A stretch of 63,437 nucleotides of DNA, filler included, from Octopus bimaculoides (GCF_001194135.2; 5 parts of 3 records of this genome joined end to end with filler, not necessarily neighbours in it); one strand, 5' to 3'; numbered from the whole stretch's first letter, positions 12,741 to 27,982 are shown. Program-made: numbers and translations. Notes: generated by a model from the sequence alone, not told the origin.

Positions 12741-13969
12741 TGGCATCATTAACAAGCAAAAAAAGTGAGGCGAGGGCGAATGGCACGCTGGTAAATTTAG
12801 GTGTCTTTTATATCAAATGAGTCAACGTTTTGCACGTGCATCATGCTTTTTATAAAGATATGTGCGCGAGCATTACCATGTACACGAAAAGTGAGCGAGG
12901 TCGAACCCTACATACAATCCTTGTGCTTTCAAAAGAGAGCGGTGTTGTGGGTCAGTGACATCCTCCTGATGTCAAATTACCTATAAATGTGATAAAATCT
13001 ATATTATCTCTATATCGTGTGTGAAACAAATAATCTTTTACAGTGTGACGTTTCTTTTGTANNNNNNNNNNNNNNNNNNNNNNNNNNNNNNNNNNNNNNN
13101 NNNNNNNNNNNNNNNNNNNNNNNNNNNNNNNNNNNNNNNNNNNNNNNNNNNNNNNNNNNNNNNNNNNNNNNNNNNNNNNNNNNNNNNNNNNNNNNNNNNN
13201 NNNNNNNNNNNNNNNNNNNNNNNNNNNNNNNNNNNNNNNNNNNNNNNNNNNNNNNNNNNNNNNNNNNNNNNNNNNNNNNNNNNNNNNNNNNNNNNNNNNN
13301 NNNNNNNNNNNNNNNNNNNNNNNNNNNNNNNNNNNNNNNNNNNNNNNNNNNNNNNNNNNNNNNNNNNNNNNNNNNNNNNNNNNNNNNNNNNNNNNNNNNN
13401 NNNNNNNNNNNNNNNNNNNNNNNNNNNNNNNNNNNNNNNNNNNNNNNNNNNNNNNNNNNNNNNNNNNNNNNNNNNNNNNNNNNNNNNNNNNNNNNNNNNN
13501 NNNNNNNNNNNNNNNNNNNNNNNNNNNNNNNNNNNNNNNNNNNNNNNNNNNNNNNNNNNNNNNNNNNNNNNNNNNNNNNNNNNNNNNNNNNNNNNNNNNN
13601 NNNNNNNNNNNNNNNNNNNNNNNNNNNNNNNNNNNNNNNNNNNNNNNNNNNNNNNNNNNNNNNNNNNNNNNNNNNNNNNNNNNNNNNNNNNNNNNNNNNN
13701 NNNNNNNNNNNNNNNNNNNNNNNNNNNNNNNNNNNNNNNCAATCATAATAATGGCTGACCGGAAGTTAGAAATTCTTTTTAAAAATAAAGATGATAAAGG
13801 AGGTTTACAAAAGTGGAAAAGTTCAAAAGTTCAAAAGTTTTTTAGACGTCGTGGTATATTGAAGCGATTTCCAATCAGAAGATGGGTCCAGTGTAATCCG
13901 TGGGTAGGAGAGGTGCAGCCAGAGGGTGTAAAGTTCAGAATCAAACAGTCCAGAAAGAGTAGATGCAGA

Positions 13970-14021
<52 letters not shown>

Positions 14022-14109
14022 ACGCACACGAAAGTATATCATTTCTATTTGTTCATGTATGCAGGGATTTGTTTTCATAATGGTATGAGTCATACTATGA
14101 ACAGAGATT

Positions 14110-14170
<61 letters not shown>

Positions 14171-14632
14171 ATGTGTGTGTGTGTGTGTGTGCGTGAGAGA
14201 GTGTGTGAGTGTATGTGTGCGTGCGTACGCGTGTGTGTATGTGGTGTGTGTATGTGATGTGTGTATGTGTGTGCGCGCGCGCGTGTGTGTTTGTGTGTGT
14301 GTGTGTGTGTCTGTGTGCTAGTTGGTGTATTAGTTTGTATATAAGTATACGCATGCATTTTTATAATATCACGCATTTGCGTATCTGCATAGGTCCAAAA
14401 TAAATATCATTACAAATAAACAAACCCGAAACTGAATAGAAAAAATATTTATATACTCTTTTACTTGCTTCAGTCATTTGATTGCGGCCATGCTGGAGCA
14501 CCGCCTTTAGTCGAGCAAATCAACCCCAGTACTTATTCTTCGTAAGCCTAGTACTTATTCTAGCGGTCTCCTTTGCTGAGCTGCCAAGTTACGGGGACGT
14601 AAACACACCACCATCGGTTGTCAAGCGATGTT

Positions 14633-14688
<56 letters not shown>

Positions 14689-14790
14689 CATTTACATATA
14701 TACGATAGGCTTCTTTCAGTTTCCGTCTACCAAATCCACTCACAATGCTTTGGTCGGCCCGATGCTATAGTAGTAGACACTTGCCCAAAG

Positions 14791-15940
<1,150 letters not shown>

Positions 15941-16754
15941 GCTTCATATAAGCATAGTCCACAAATTTTACCGTCCCGAAACACAAAGGTTGAATTTTGT
16001 AAATCGAAATCAAGTAATTTTAATAAGTTAAAAAGATGCTAAGCAACTGACCTTTCAGCTAAACTTTTGTTAACCCTAAAACACAAAATAACTAAATTTC
16101 TATACAAAAAAAAAACACTTGACCTAAATCTGACACACCTAAACAAGCACACCTGATTACAAAATTTCACACGCTAGAGAGAACTCTGAACAGTAAACAA
16201 AAACAACGTCCAAGACAAATAGCTTAAATCATCTAGTGTTTAACTTAAATTAATATCAACCAAACCCTACTTAAACATCAGCTAGCCAACTGATTAGTTG
16301 TCATCGACTTAAATTGTTTTGTGAAGTCTAAAAAAAAAAAAAAAAGTAAGAAAAAAAGAATAACTAAAACAGCCCTAATATCTGAAGCATATACATCTAA
16401 ATAGACACACCTTATTACAAAATTTTACACGCTTGAATGAATTCTGGACTATAACAAACTTCAACTTTAGACAATGAAATCTACAATATCAGCACTCATT
16501 CTTCGATTTAATTATCATTCTACATTGCTTCACTTACTCTAGAAAAAAAAAAGAAAAGAAAAAATAACCAGAGTCTACGCAAAGCCAAGCTGAACTCAAA
16601 TGTATTACAGTCCAGTGAAGGCTTAGAAGGTCGAACTTTCGAAGTCACTGACACCATTTTTTTTTGTAAATGCGTAATAAATAATCCTTGTTTAATGTAA
16701 GATTTTTATTATAATTCGACAAGAAACAAATACTAGTACCTACGCACAGACATG

Positions 16755-16860
<106 letters not shown>

Positions 16861-16867
16861 TTCTCTA

Positions 16868-16903
<36 letters not shown>

Positions 16904-17329
16904 ACAGACACACACACAAAGAAATCTATACTATTATTCTATGCCTAGTTTCGCTTAATAGAGTTTCCGCAGGTTTCACCGTTCAAATAGATCCCAGCAC
17001 TGATTTATCGATGTCTTTTCACCGAGCCTTAAAGTTACGATGTTTAAAGAGGCATCGAACTGTAATAACATGGATTCACACCCACAGAGACACACACGCT
17101 CGTGCACACACGCTCGCATACATATAGATACGTTCATCCATACGTAATATATATGCATATATATGTACACATGCATACAAACGTATACACAGATATTCAT
17201 ATATATATATATATATGTATATGTGTGTGTGTGTGTGAACTTGCGTGTATGTATGTGTGTATGTGTGCTGGTGTGTGTGTGTGTGTGTGAGCACGTGAGA
17301 GCGTATGTGTGTAGCCGGTAGTCTTAGTT

Positions 17330-18330
17330 AAAATGTGTTATTATCAGACTATTTGCGGGAGCCGTGAATTCCTAGATGATGGGTTGGAAATATCTCATGG
17401 CTCTGATAGTCACACTTAATGAATTTAGAAAAGAATACATTGAGACCTTTCGTCAATTAGGCCCCAAAATCAATGTTGCTACTAATCTGTCAAAAGTCGA
17501 TATTTTTAGATGATTCCCTAGATCTAAGCTCTCACTTTTATAAACTGTACCATAAGCCAAAAGAGACACTCTTCTTCATACACAAATAGTCATGTCAGCC
17601 CCGATAGTGCTTGAAAATCTGATAGCTAACATTAATAATAGGATATCCCATCGCTTTTCTTCTAAAGAAAGCTTTGATGAAGCAGCTCCCTACTATAAAA
17701 ATACCCTAGCTAAAAGTGGTGTGAAAGATAACATATATTACAACAATTCTAGTAAAAATATGAATCATAAAAATATACATAAAATTAGACCTACAAGAAT
17801 AATTTGGTCCCCTACCCCATAAATGTTAAAGCTAAGGTAAGTAAGAAATACCTGTTTCTTTTAGATAAGCATTTTCCAGAAAATCACTAATACAACAGGA
17901 AGATCTTTAACAGACGCTCAATTAAATTATCACATAGTTGCTGCCTCAATGTGAAGAACATCATTACGCGTAAACATCGCCAGGATCCCATTCCCAATTG
18001 TAACTGTCGAAGACATGGAGATCGTCCAATTGACTAGGTGTACGTCATAAATTCCGTCGTATATGAGGCTATACGAAGGCGACTTCAAAAGACGCTATGC
18101 TAACCACCTATCTTCTTTCCGGCATAAAGACAAAAGTAAAGCCGCTTAAATTGGCTAGCCACGGATGAGGTTTGAAGACCAACATGCAATCAAGTGGAAA
18201 ATCGTAGAAACATTCATGCTATATGTAAATGGATTTAAAAAAGGCAACTTGTGCGTAGCTGAAAGATTGCATATCCCCTTTAGATATAAGAATTGCACAG
18301 CACTTGAATTCTAGATAAGAAATTTTCAGC
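17330..18330 (+). mobile_element. Penelope-like element fragment (RT thumb to GIY-YIG region), degraded
   Basis: Motifs FLDDSLDL, NINNRISHRFSSKESFDEAAPYYKNTLAKSG, LLDKHFPENH, CNC and FKRRYANHLSSFRH across frameshifts. Confidence 0.75.
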
Positions 18331-18620
18331 AAATAGAAACATATCAACAAATCTCCAGATTGAGCTGCTGTATCACACTTTGGGCCCCTCTCTGTTGATT
18401 CATTCTACAACAACTAGCCTTACGGTCAAACGGGGCATGACCATAATTTCCTTTTTCTTTTGTCTTTCTGCTTTCTTCCTTCACCTTCCACTTTTTGCAT
18501 CCACCTTCTCGTGATTTCTATAGTTTGAACGTCTTGATTCGTAAATTGCATAGGCGATGTGATTAGAACCCGAATATTGCTTGGAGATACAATACATGTA
18601 TATGCACATATAGTCAGTCT

Positions 18621-19706
18621 CCAGAGAGACTTGTGTTGCTCTTCACCAGTAAAAACTTGTATTTTTTAGTAAAATCGAGTAAAAAGAGACCAGTGAACTT
18701 GGTGTGGGGAGTGGAAAAGTTGACAGGAGAGTAATTAATGTGACACGGCAGTTTTATGTGCACGCGTGCACACGCAGACACACGTACACACACACACACA
18801 CACGCACACTCACCACACACTCTCTCTTCCGCTTTCTCTCACTCACTTTTTTCTGTACACACACATACACACACACATGCATATATAGATACATACATAC
18901 ATACATGCATACATACATACATGCATACATACATACATACATACATACATACATACATACATGCATACGAGGGGGTGCTGAAAAGTTGCTGGCTTTGGGT
19001 AGAAGAAAATACAGGAGGATCAGTTAATTATGATTTTATTCAACATGTTCCCTTCTCAGATTTGCACGCTTATTGCAGAGATCCTTCAGCTGTGAATCGA
19101 ACTCCAATGTGAATCGGACTCCACTGTGAATCGAACTCCACCACAAAGCTATGCCTCCGCCAATACTGCTGCATAAAGAAACAACTCCAGTTCAACCCCA
19201 ATTCCAGAGAGCCTGATGTTGCTCTGCATCAGTAAAAACTTGTGTTATTTAGTAAAATCGAGTAAAAAGAGACCAGTGAACTTGGTGTGGGGAGTGGAAA
19301 AGTTGACAGGAGAGTAATTAAAGTGGCACAGCAATTTTATGTGCACGCGCGCACACGCAGACACACACACATGCACACTCACCACACACACACTCTCTCT
19401 TCAGCTTTCTCTCAATCACTTTTTTCTGTACACACACATACACATACATACATACATACATACATACATACATACGAAGGGGTGCTGAAAAGTTGCTGGC
19501 TTTGGGTAGAAGAAAATACAGGAGTATCAGTTAATTATGATTTTATTCAACATGTTCCCTTCTCAGATTTACTTATTGCAGAGATCCTTCAGCTGTGAAT
19601 CGAACTCCAATGTGAATCGGATTCCACTGTGAATCAAATTCCTTCACAAAGCTATGCCTCCGCCAATACTGCTGCATAAAGAAACAACTCCAGTTCAACC
19701 CCAATT
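18621..19706. repeat. ~583-bp local tandem duplication containing microsatellites and a mariner-like TIR
   Basis: CCAGAGAG...CAGTAAAAACTTGT at 18621 and 19204. Each unit carries TACGA.GGGGTGCTGAAAAGTT and three TGTGAATCGAACTCCA-like subrepeats. Confidence 0.9.
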
Positions 19707-20389
19707 CAGCAGAACTCTGATCAAAGTCATCCTATCAATGGCCATCTCTTCTAATTATCAGACATAGTGGACCTTGGTGTACATTATTCAATATATCATT
19801 TCCTTTTAAAGCCAAAAGTGTGTGTGACATGAAAGAGATTAGGTAGTTATTTTTAACAAGTCGTCTGACCACATAACACACATTTTTCTTTTACTAAATA
19901 TCAATTTATAAAACTGATAGTTTTAAGTATATACGGTGATCTACTTTACTGTTGAAACGTACAACCGTACAACCGTGCATATACACTCACACCATTTCTC
20001 TCGCACGCACACATCTTAACACTATATAAAGTCTAACGAACGATAAGCTATATCAGAAAGCCAGCAGGTAGTGAGTCTGTTTCAGCTCTAATTATCGAGA
20101 AGAACGCATTAGAATTCATTATGTCTGTATTGAGTTGTGAACTTTGGAATAGAGAAATTTAATCTGATAGCTATTCTAAATATAATTAACACTCTGTAAC
20201 TGAATTTGGTAATTGCCTTTGTTCTACCTTTCATTTATTGATATTTGACAATTAGAAAGTGTTCGGGAAACATGTCAGGTGAACAGCAGGATTTATGTAA
20301 TACATTACTACATGGAGATTTAGCGAATGGTAAGTTAAGCTTTTGGAATTTTATAAATATACATACAACAATCTACGCACTGACACATA

Positions 20390-21659
20390 TATTGAGTCAT
20401 CACGTAAATAATGCGGATCTTTATACTTCTTTGATTTTTCAGAATTAAGATAAACAAAGTTCTTCTTTAATCTAAAGTATACTCTCCTTCATTTTCTACA
20501 ATGCTCTTCCATCTATCTGGTAGACTTGCAGGGCTCGAAAAATACTCCCCCAGTTCTGTTTGACCTTGTTACAGAATTCATATTTTTTTCGTCCAAATTA
20601 TTTTGAAGGCAGCGGAATAAATGATAATCAGATGGAACAATGTCGAGCGAATATGATGAGTGGGGCATCGTTTCCCAACCAAATTGCTCCAGCCTTTCGA
20701 ATGTCATCATTGCAGTACGTGGCTGAGCATTGTCCTGATGGAAGAACACTTTTCGTTTTGAAATCAAATATGGCCATTTTTCTTCAAGCGCTGACTTAAG
20801 CTGCTCAAACTGCTCAAGGTAGATCTCCTTTGTTAACGTTTGGTTTAGGTTTAGAAGTTCAAAGTGGACTAAACCTTTCATGTCCCACCAAACAGATAAC
20901 AACACTTTATGTGGATGAAGACCTTCTTTATCCTGGGGTGTCGGTGATTCTCCTTTCCCTACCCACTGTCTTCGGCGCATGACGTTTTTATAGAGAATCC
21001 ATTTCTCGTCCCCAGTCACTATTCGGTTCAAAAAAGTTTCATTCGAGAGACGTGACAGCAAAGAAGAGCACACATTCACTCTCTGCACGATTAGACTCAG
21101 AAAATTTGTGAGGAACCCATTGACCCAGTTTACTGACTTTTCCGATGGCACGGAGGTATCGATGAATGGTTGAATGACCAAATCCAAGCTTCTCTGCTAG
21201 TTTCTCAACAGTTACGATGGGAGTTTGTTCCACCAGGGTTTGCAGGATGTCCTCGTCGAGCTCCACAGATCTTCTAGGATGAGGCTCGTCTTCTAGGCTG
21301 TAGTATTCGGTTCGGAATTTCTAGAACCACCGTTGACACTGGTTTACGCTTATTGTCCGATACCTATATACTGCAACAATATTCCTCGCACTTTGCGTTG
21401 CGTTGTTGCCTTTATTGAACTCATAAAGCAAAATATGCCGAATATGCTCATTTATCACTTCCATTATAGCTTTGAAAAAATAACTATTAATGTCGAATTC
21501 CACTCTTCAAAACTTGCATGAATAATAAGAACAAGGTAAAATTACTATCTGCTTTTATAGCAAACTGATGTAGGTAGTTTATTCCGTCTACTCCGAATTT
21601 TAGTTCATGCAATTGAAAAGAAAAAAAAAAAATCGCGTAATTTATGGGATGACCCAATA
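20390..21659 (-). mobile_element. Full-length mariner (DD34D), inactivated
   Basis: TIRs TATTG(A/G)GTCATC at 20390 and 21659 (TA included). Transposase fragments HIRHILLYEF, WVPH, IVTGDEKW, FHQDNA and YSLDIVPSDY, with 34 residues between the 2nd and 3rd D. Stops and frameshifts present. Confidence 0.93.
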
Positions 21660-22362
21660 CATTACACATACGCTTTCTGAGAGGAATTTTATAAAGGGGT
21701 ACAAAGCTTCTTTTGGTCTCCGAATCACGCAAACCTATGAACAAAAGGCATCTCAGTCGTGACAATCCCTTCTATAGATACTGCTTCTAGAATACATTGT
21801 ACCATGTGTATTCTATTTAAGACAGTAAAATAGTTTGGTTCGAGGGAATTTTGGCTTTTATTTTTAGCTAGCTAGGCTAATAGGTTCCTTCTTTTGCTCA
21901 GCTCTAATTGTGGTTCTTGTGTTATTGTTGTTGTTGTTTGTCTCCCAGTCAGTCGATCGAACAAACTTAGTGCGCACTGGGAGTCGGCCGAACGACGAGA
22001 CGCGACACAGATCAATCTTCGAGTTATACCATGTTGTTCTGACATGTAGCGATTAATGGGATGGTGTACAGTGTGACAGTGCAAACATATTGTTTATCTC
22101 TTAAGGCTATAAAAGACGGAGTTCTTACCTGGAACTTACAAAACTTCCAAGATTATTGAGAATTGGCTTGGTTGATGTCCTTCACGATAAACTGTAAGTC
22201 GACAACTACAGCAAAAACATAATAGAGAGTGAAGTCCAGAGAAGTGATGTATGACAGGTTGAAGATTAAGTAATAGTTAATGGGAGGCGTAAGGCGGAGG
22301 AGAGGTACATTATGGATGACAAGAAAGGAGAAAAAAAAAACAAGGGTGGGAGTCTGATTTAA

Positions 22363-22842
22363 GCACTCTATATAACTCCTCATAACTTTCTTACTTTTTG
22401 GAATTTTCAGAAAAGTTATGCGAACTTGTGTTCTACGCATGGGAATTCATTCGATCATGAAAAAAACAATTTTTTGTATGTGATTTCAGGACGATTTCGC
22501 TGTTGTTTTAGCCCATCCCACAACCACCTGATACTGTCTTCATTTTTTTCCTCATACTGACATGTATTGATGTTTTTCAATATTTTTCTCCCTATAAATA
22601 CATTTAATGGAATGATGATGTGCTCAAAAGTGCTGGGATTTAAGCAAAAAATTCGAACTCTCCGTATTTTAAGCACTGATTTAAAAAAGAAATTCAAAAA
22701 AGTGTGTAAATTTTAGGATTTATGGGCGGTGAGATGGTTTAAAGGAAAATAATTCATAATCGTATGAATTCCCATGTGTAGAACACAAATTCCGAAAACT
22801 TTTCTGAAAATTCTAAAAATTTGAGGGTTTATATGCGGGTAC
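22363..22842. mobile_element. 480-bp MITE with ~100-bp diverged TIRs flanked by TTAA
   Basis: 22363-22460 is the reverse complement of 22750-22842 (for example GAATTTTCAGAAAAGTT...TGTGTTCTAC.CATGGGAATTCAT). TTAA at 22359-22362 and 22843-22846. Confidence 0.75.
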
Positions 22843-23989
22843 TTAAACCAGAATTCCGCCGAAACTAGTTAAAATGAACCCGTATAAAGGTGGTATGATG
22901 CCAGCCGAAACTGAAATACAAAGGAAGAAGACAGCATGTCTTGGTGAGAGAGAAACAGTATGTCTTGGTGAGAGAGAAACAGTATTTGTATGGGACACAG
23001 ACTGAAGGGCGTTCGTGAGAGACACAACATGTCTGCACAATAGAAGCTAGAGGGTGTTGGTGTGAGAGATAATATAACTGTAGAACAGCGTAAGGTGGTT
23101 GTTGCTGAGAAATAGGATTAGAGGATGTTGTTGCTTGACCATATCGATGGCATAGAACAGACTGGAATGTATTGGTGGGTTATCTAATTCTATTCAGCAA
23201 TATAATAGAGACCACATCCAAACCCTAAATCCCGAAAACAATATGATATTATGCAGCAACCCAATTCTGTGATCCAATCTATTTTATATTGACTAGCCAA
23301 TTTCAATAGCATTAGTTTTTTTCAATGAGAAGACGCTGTTTAGTCACTCGCTCAGCAAATCCTCATTTCTGGTGAATGAACAGAGTGCGTATCTCCTACC
23401 CCATTACTCTTTTCAGAGCACAACGTAGCCAATTCTGAGCAAGAAAAGAATCGATTCCACGATTACAGTACTTTGTTGCCCGGCCCGTTTAGAATAAATA
23501 AAAAAAAAAGAAAGTTGACCTCGGTGGGTTTTCAACTCAGGCAACAGAGAGCCGGAACCAGATCACATGTCGCTCTAGTCGGCGCATTAACGATTNNNNN
23601 NNNNNNNNNNNNNNNNNNNNNNNNNNNNNNNNNNNNNNNNNNNNNNNNNNNNNNNNNNNNNNNNNNNNNNNNNNNNNNNNNNNNNNNNNNNNNNNNNNNN
23701 NNNNNNNNNNNNNNNNNNNNNNNNNNNNNNNNNNNNNNNNNNNNNNNNNNNNNNNNNNNNNNNNNNNNNNNNNNNNNNNNNNNNNNNNNNNNNNNNNNNN
23801 NNNNNNNNNNNNNNNNNNNNNNNNNNNNNNNNNNNNNNNNNNNNNNNNNNNNNNNNNNNNNNNNNNNNNNNNNNNNNNNNNNNNNNNNNNNNNNNNNNNN
23901 NNNNNNNNNNNNNNNNNNNNNNNNNNNNNNNNNNNNNNNNNNNNNNNNNNNNNNNNNNNNNNNNCAGGCCTGCTGAAGCAATATGAAAT

Positions 23990-25665
23990 ACATTGGAATG
24001 AAGACATGGCTGAGAAGGTTGGAAAATATAAAAAATGATAAAGAAGGAGAGGCCAAACGTAAAGTTGTCCCCATCAGAGGAGGAAAAGATGTGGATGGAA
24101 ATTGGAGTCGTGGAATATAAATAATTTTCAAGGAAAAATAGAAGAATAGAGAGTGCACCGAAGGAGGAGGTGGAGGAGTGTTTGAAGGAATTGCAAGATG
24201 TGTCGTTTTTTACAAGAGGCAAGACATACGCGTCTGTAGAGATAACATTTGTATCGGAGGAGGCAGCAAAGAAATACGCCAATAAGACGTTTACTAAAGG
24301 AAATTAGATGCTCTTTCCCAATAAATTGAGTAGACGTCCAACGTGGATTAGAGTGGGTTGGATCCCATCGAAAATAGAGTTGGAATGGGTAATGGCAGCA
24401 GTTTTTTCCTGAAAGAGAAGGAGAAGATGTAAGGATAATTATGATAAGCAGAACCCAACAAATAAATTGCTGGAGGTATGGATTGGAGGTGCTTTTTATG
24501 GCAAGTCAGGAAGTTTAGAGTGACATACCGGAGACACTGGAACTAACTAACGAGGACAAACTGGACATAATGTTAGAGGGGAGACCTTCAAAGTGCTACG
24601 AATGTGGCAAAAGAGGCCACATTAGAAGAAGGTGCCCATAAATGGTGGAAAACAAAGAAATGGAAACGCAAGAAGGCGTGATAGAGGAGAGGAAATAGTC
24701 ACAGGAAGAGGAGCAGAGAGCTGATTTTGAGGAAGCTAAATCAAGGAAGAGAGAAAGGAGGAGCTCATCGCCGAAAGTCGAACAAAGGAAAAAATACAAA
24801 TCACAGGATCAAGTGGGATCACTGAGGAAAAAGGATAATAGAACATTACCACAGAACCAGACAGTCTCACAATCGCACAGACAGACAGATACACAGATGC
24901 ATAAACACAGATATACATACACTCGGAAGCGTAGAAGATAACGCAGAGTTGCAGAAACCTAAAAGCACAGAACCTGAAAACACAGACACACAAACACAAT
25001 ATGCAGACTTACAGTCACACAAACATGCAGACCCACAGACAGATAAACACACAGACAGATAAACACACAGACATGCAGTCGCAAAGAAATATAGAAGAAC
25101 AGACGCATGGTAGTACAGAATCACAAAAACAAAAAAGAACAGACATACAGACGCAGGAGGTACATAGGAACAGCATATATTTGATGTCATATCGATATAC
25201 ACAAAAAATAGAAAAGAAGATATCCAAAATAAAAGACATTGTCGAAGTGGACCTCTCGGACCGTTGCGATAAGGAGGCGAGATGGATTTTAATAAAAAAA
25301 GAAAAGTATAAAAAATTAAAAGAGGCTTTCCCGACAGATATAAACCCTCTGGGGCCCGAGGTGAATTTCGAACTCAGCGCTCCAGTGGTGAACTACGAGG
25401 AAATAAAAAATTATATAAAATGGTGAGTAGTTTTATTTTGGATAAATTATTGAGATAATTTTCAAAAGAACTATCGAAGACTGTGAAAGGAACTATTAAG
25501 AACTGTTGAAATAATTGAAATAACGCGGCCGCCCCGGGGTGGGGCTGGGGTGGCCGTCCCATTATCATTGTTTAATTTCATTGTTCCATTCTATCATGTG
25601 TTAATTGTCCCCGCATGTATTTATTGTCCCATCTGTGTTTAGCCCCTTGTGGGTAATAAAGAAAT
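23990..25665 (+). mobile_element. ORF1-only non-LTR element, copy 2, degraded; 5' end lies in a gap
   Basis: Same domain order as copy 1: SFFTRGKTYASVEITFVSEEAA, KCYECGKRGHIRRRCP, a low-complexity linker, YKKLKEAFPTDINPLGPEVNFE...YEE with stop at 25426, and a short UTR ending in AATAAAGAAAT at 25665. Confidence 0.75.
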
Positions 25666-26499
25666 CGGTATTTCGTATGTCTTTACGTTCTGAGTTCAAC
25701 TTCCGCCGAGGTCTACTTTGGATTTTATCCGTTCGGGGATCGATAAATTAAGTANNNNNNNNNNNNNNNNNNNNNNNNNNNNNNNNNNNNNNNNNNNNNN
25801 NNNNNNNNNNNNNNNNNNNNNNNNNNNNNNNNNNNNNNNNNNNNNNNNNNNNNNNNNNNNNNNNNNNNNNNNNNNNNNNNNNNNNNNNNNNNNNNNNNNN
25901 NNNNNNNNNNNNNNNNNNNNNNNNNNNNNNNNNNNNNNNNNNNNNNNNNNNNNNNNNNNNNNNNNNNNNNNNNNNNNNNNNNNNNNNNNNNNNNNNNNNN
26001 NNNNNNNNNNNNNNNNNNNNNNNNNNNNNNNNNNNNNNNNNNNNNNNNNNNNNNNNNNNNNNNNNNNNNNNNNNNNNNNNNNNNNNNNNNNNNNNNNNNN
26101 NNNNNNNNNNNNNNNNNNNNNNNNNNNNNAATTTAATTTGACAAAAATTTTTAATTCATATTTTGTAGAAGGGAAAGTGAGCCTGACTTTTGGCAACTAT
26201 GGTAACAATTCCAGACATACTACGATCTCGTTAAACCTTCCCGCTGGAACATTGTCAATAGTTGCAAGTGAGGTTCTGAGTTAAGAAATGCACTTGTCAA
26301 CTACGTAGGTGAGTTTCAGTGACTCTGCGTGTCACACTGGGCAAATGTCTTCTATTATAGCTCCACGCCGACCAAAGCTTTGTGAGGGATTTAGCCGACG
26401 GAAACTGAAAGAAGTCCGTCGTGAGTGCGTGCATGCATGCGCGCGTGTGTGTGAATGTGTGTGTGTGTATATAATTAAACCAAATAAGCAATCAATTGA

Positions 26500-26853
26500 A
26501 ATAAACGAATAATAAAATTAACACACAAGGGATGTATTAGCTTGACGTTTCGATCGTAGCTCTTCGTCGGAAAGGAGAAAAGGAAATGTCAAAAGAAGGA
26601 AAAGAAATCGCCGATAGCACGTGTAGTTACATATCTATGTATGTATGTATGTGTGTGTGCGTGTGCGTGCGTGTGCATGTACGTATATTGTTTGTGTGTA
26701 ATTGGTAAGCTTCCTCTCCTGATCTTCCTCCATGCGTTTCTCCTAGAGCACAGTCAGTTCCCACATAATTACCTGTTTGGTGGAGTATTAGACCACTCTG
26801 TCTGGGCGAAGTGTTGTCCGTATAATGTGATCTGGGAAGGCATTCATGAGGAC

Positions 26854-26891
<38 letters not shown>

Positions 26892-27310
26892 TATATTACA
26901 TTAGAGGAAAAATCAAAATCAAGGCAGAACGGGTATCTCAAGTTATTTAGAATAATTTAATTAGGGTGAAGTGAATTTGAAGTCTTACAGCCGTTTCTGG
27001 GATAACCCAAGTGGTTGGTTAGCAAGTCCGTGCGCTGGGTATTCTGTCATCCTGGTCGAAACATTAACTTATTTCGCCATCTTTCAACCGCAAGTCCATA
27101 TGAGAGGTCCTCTCAAGGTATATATATGTACTCGTACTATATAACCCGATTTCATTCGGGTCAACTTGGGCCACATTTTAAAGATGAGGAATTTTGCCCT
27201 AGAGGCCACGCTTTTCAATTGAGCAAACTCAAAGTTGTCATGCAAACTTACAAGCACTTTTAACAAAGATGTGCAAAGTTTCAGGTCAATCCGATCACAT
27301 TTACCAACAC
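26500..27310 (-). mobile_element. Probable Penelope-like 3' end and pseudo-LTR with a hammerhead-like motif
   Basis: Degraded ORF end (weak similarity to PLE C-termini) followed by a UTR; hammerhead-like core at 26541-26575. Confidence 0.45.
26541..26575 (-). ncRNA. Minimal type I hammerhead ribozyme-like sequence (degenerate)
   Basis: Minus strand reads CCTTT-CCGACGA-A-GAGC TAC GATC-GAAAC-GTC-AAG: core CUGANGA with a U4C change, stem II with one mismatch, palindromic ACGT stem III and a GUC cleavage triplet. Confidence 0.5.
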
Positions 27311-27938
27311 TTTTGCCTGCACAATTGCTTGTGAGACAACGTCCGCCCTTTTCACAAATATATAATAGATATGTAACCGTATCTCTCTTTACTTCTCTTC
27401 TCTTTCTCTCACACACGCACACATACACTCATAAACTTACACTTCACACACACACATACACACACACATTACATGCACGAGAAGAGACGCTCAAGGTTTA
27501 TTTAAATCGTAATGTTGATATACATCTGAAATAGTAGTCCTGACAAAGCCAATATATACACAGACCATTGTTCATAGCCGATACAAAACGAAAAAGAAAC
27601 TAATTATTGTTTGTTTTTTGTTTAAATGGAAATTAGTGTTACAATGTTACTGATGTAGTTAATTAATAACTTGACTAGTTGGCATGCATTCATCCTGGAC
27701 ATTGTTGTTTGCGTGTGCATAAATATATTTCTATATATATCTTTTTATCTTTTCCTTGTTTCTGTCATTAGATTGCGGCCATGTTGGGGCACCACCTTGA
27801 AGGGTTTAGCCAAACAAATTGAACCGAGTACTTATTTTTGGTAAAGCCTAGAACTTATTCTATCGGTGGATTTTTGCCGAACCGATAGGTTACGACGACA
27901 GCTATAAACACAAGCGCGTACATGCATACACACACACG

Positions 27939-27982
<44 letters not shown>

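Noticed and set aside
9314-13758. Long ORFs in the track made mostly of X (also near 23.5, 25.7, 32, 34, 42, 45 and 58 kb)
   Set aside because: They are read through N gaps.
13751-14080. 109-aa ORF upstream of the ZNF array as its N-terminus
   Set aside because: No recognisable domain, it runs into (TG)n, and it is separated from the fingers by microsatellites and a SINE.
19104-19160. Short repeats TGTGAATCGAACTCCA resembling a CRISPR array
   Set aside because: Only three near-contiguous units with no unique spacers and no cas genes, in a eukaryotic context.
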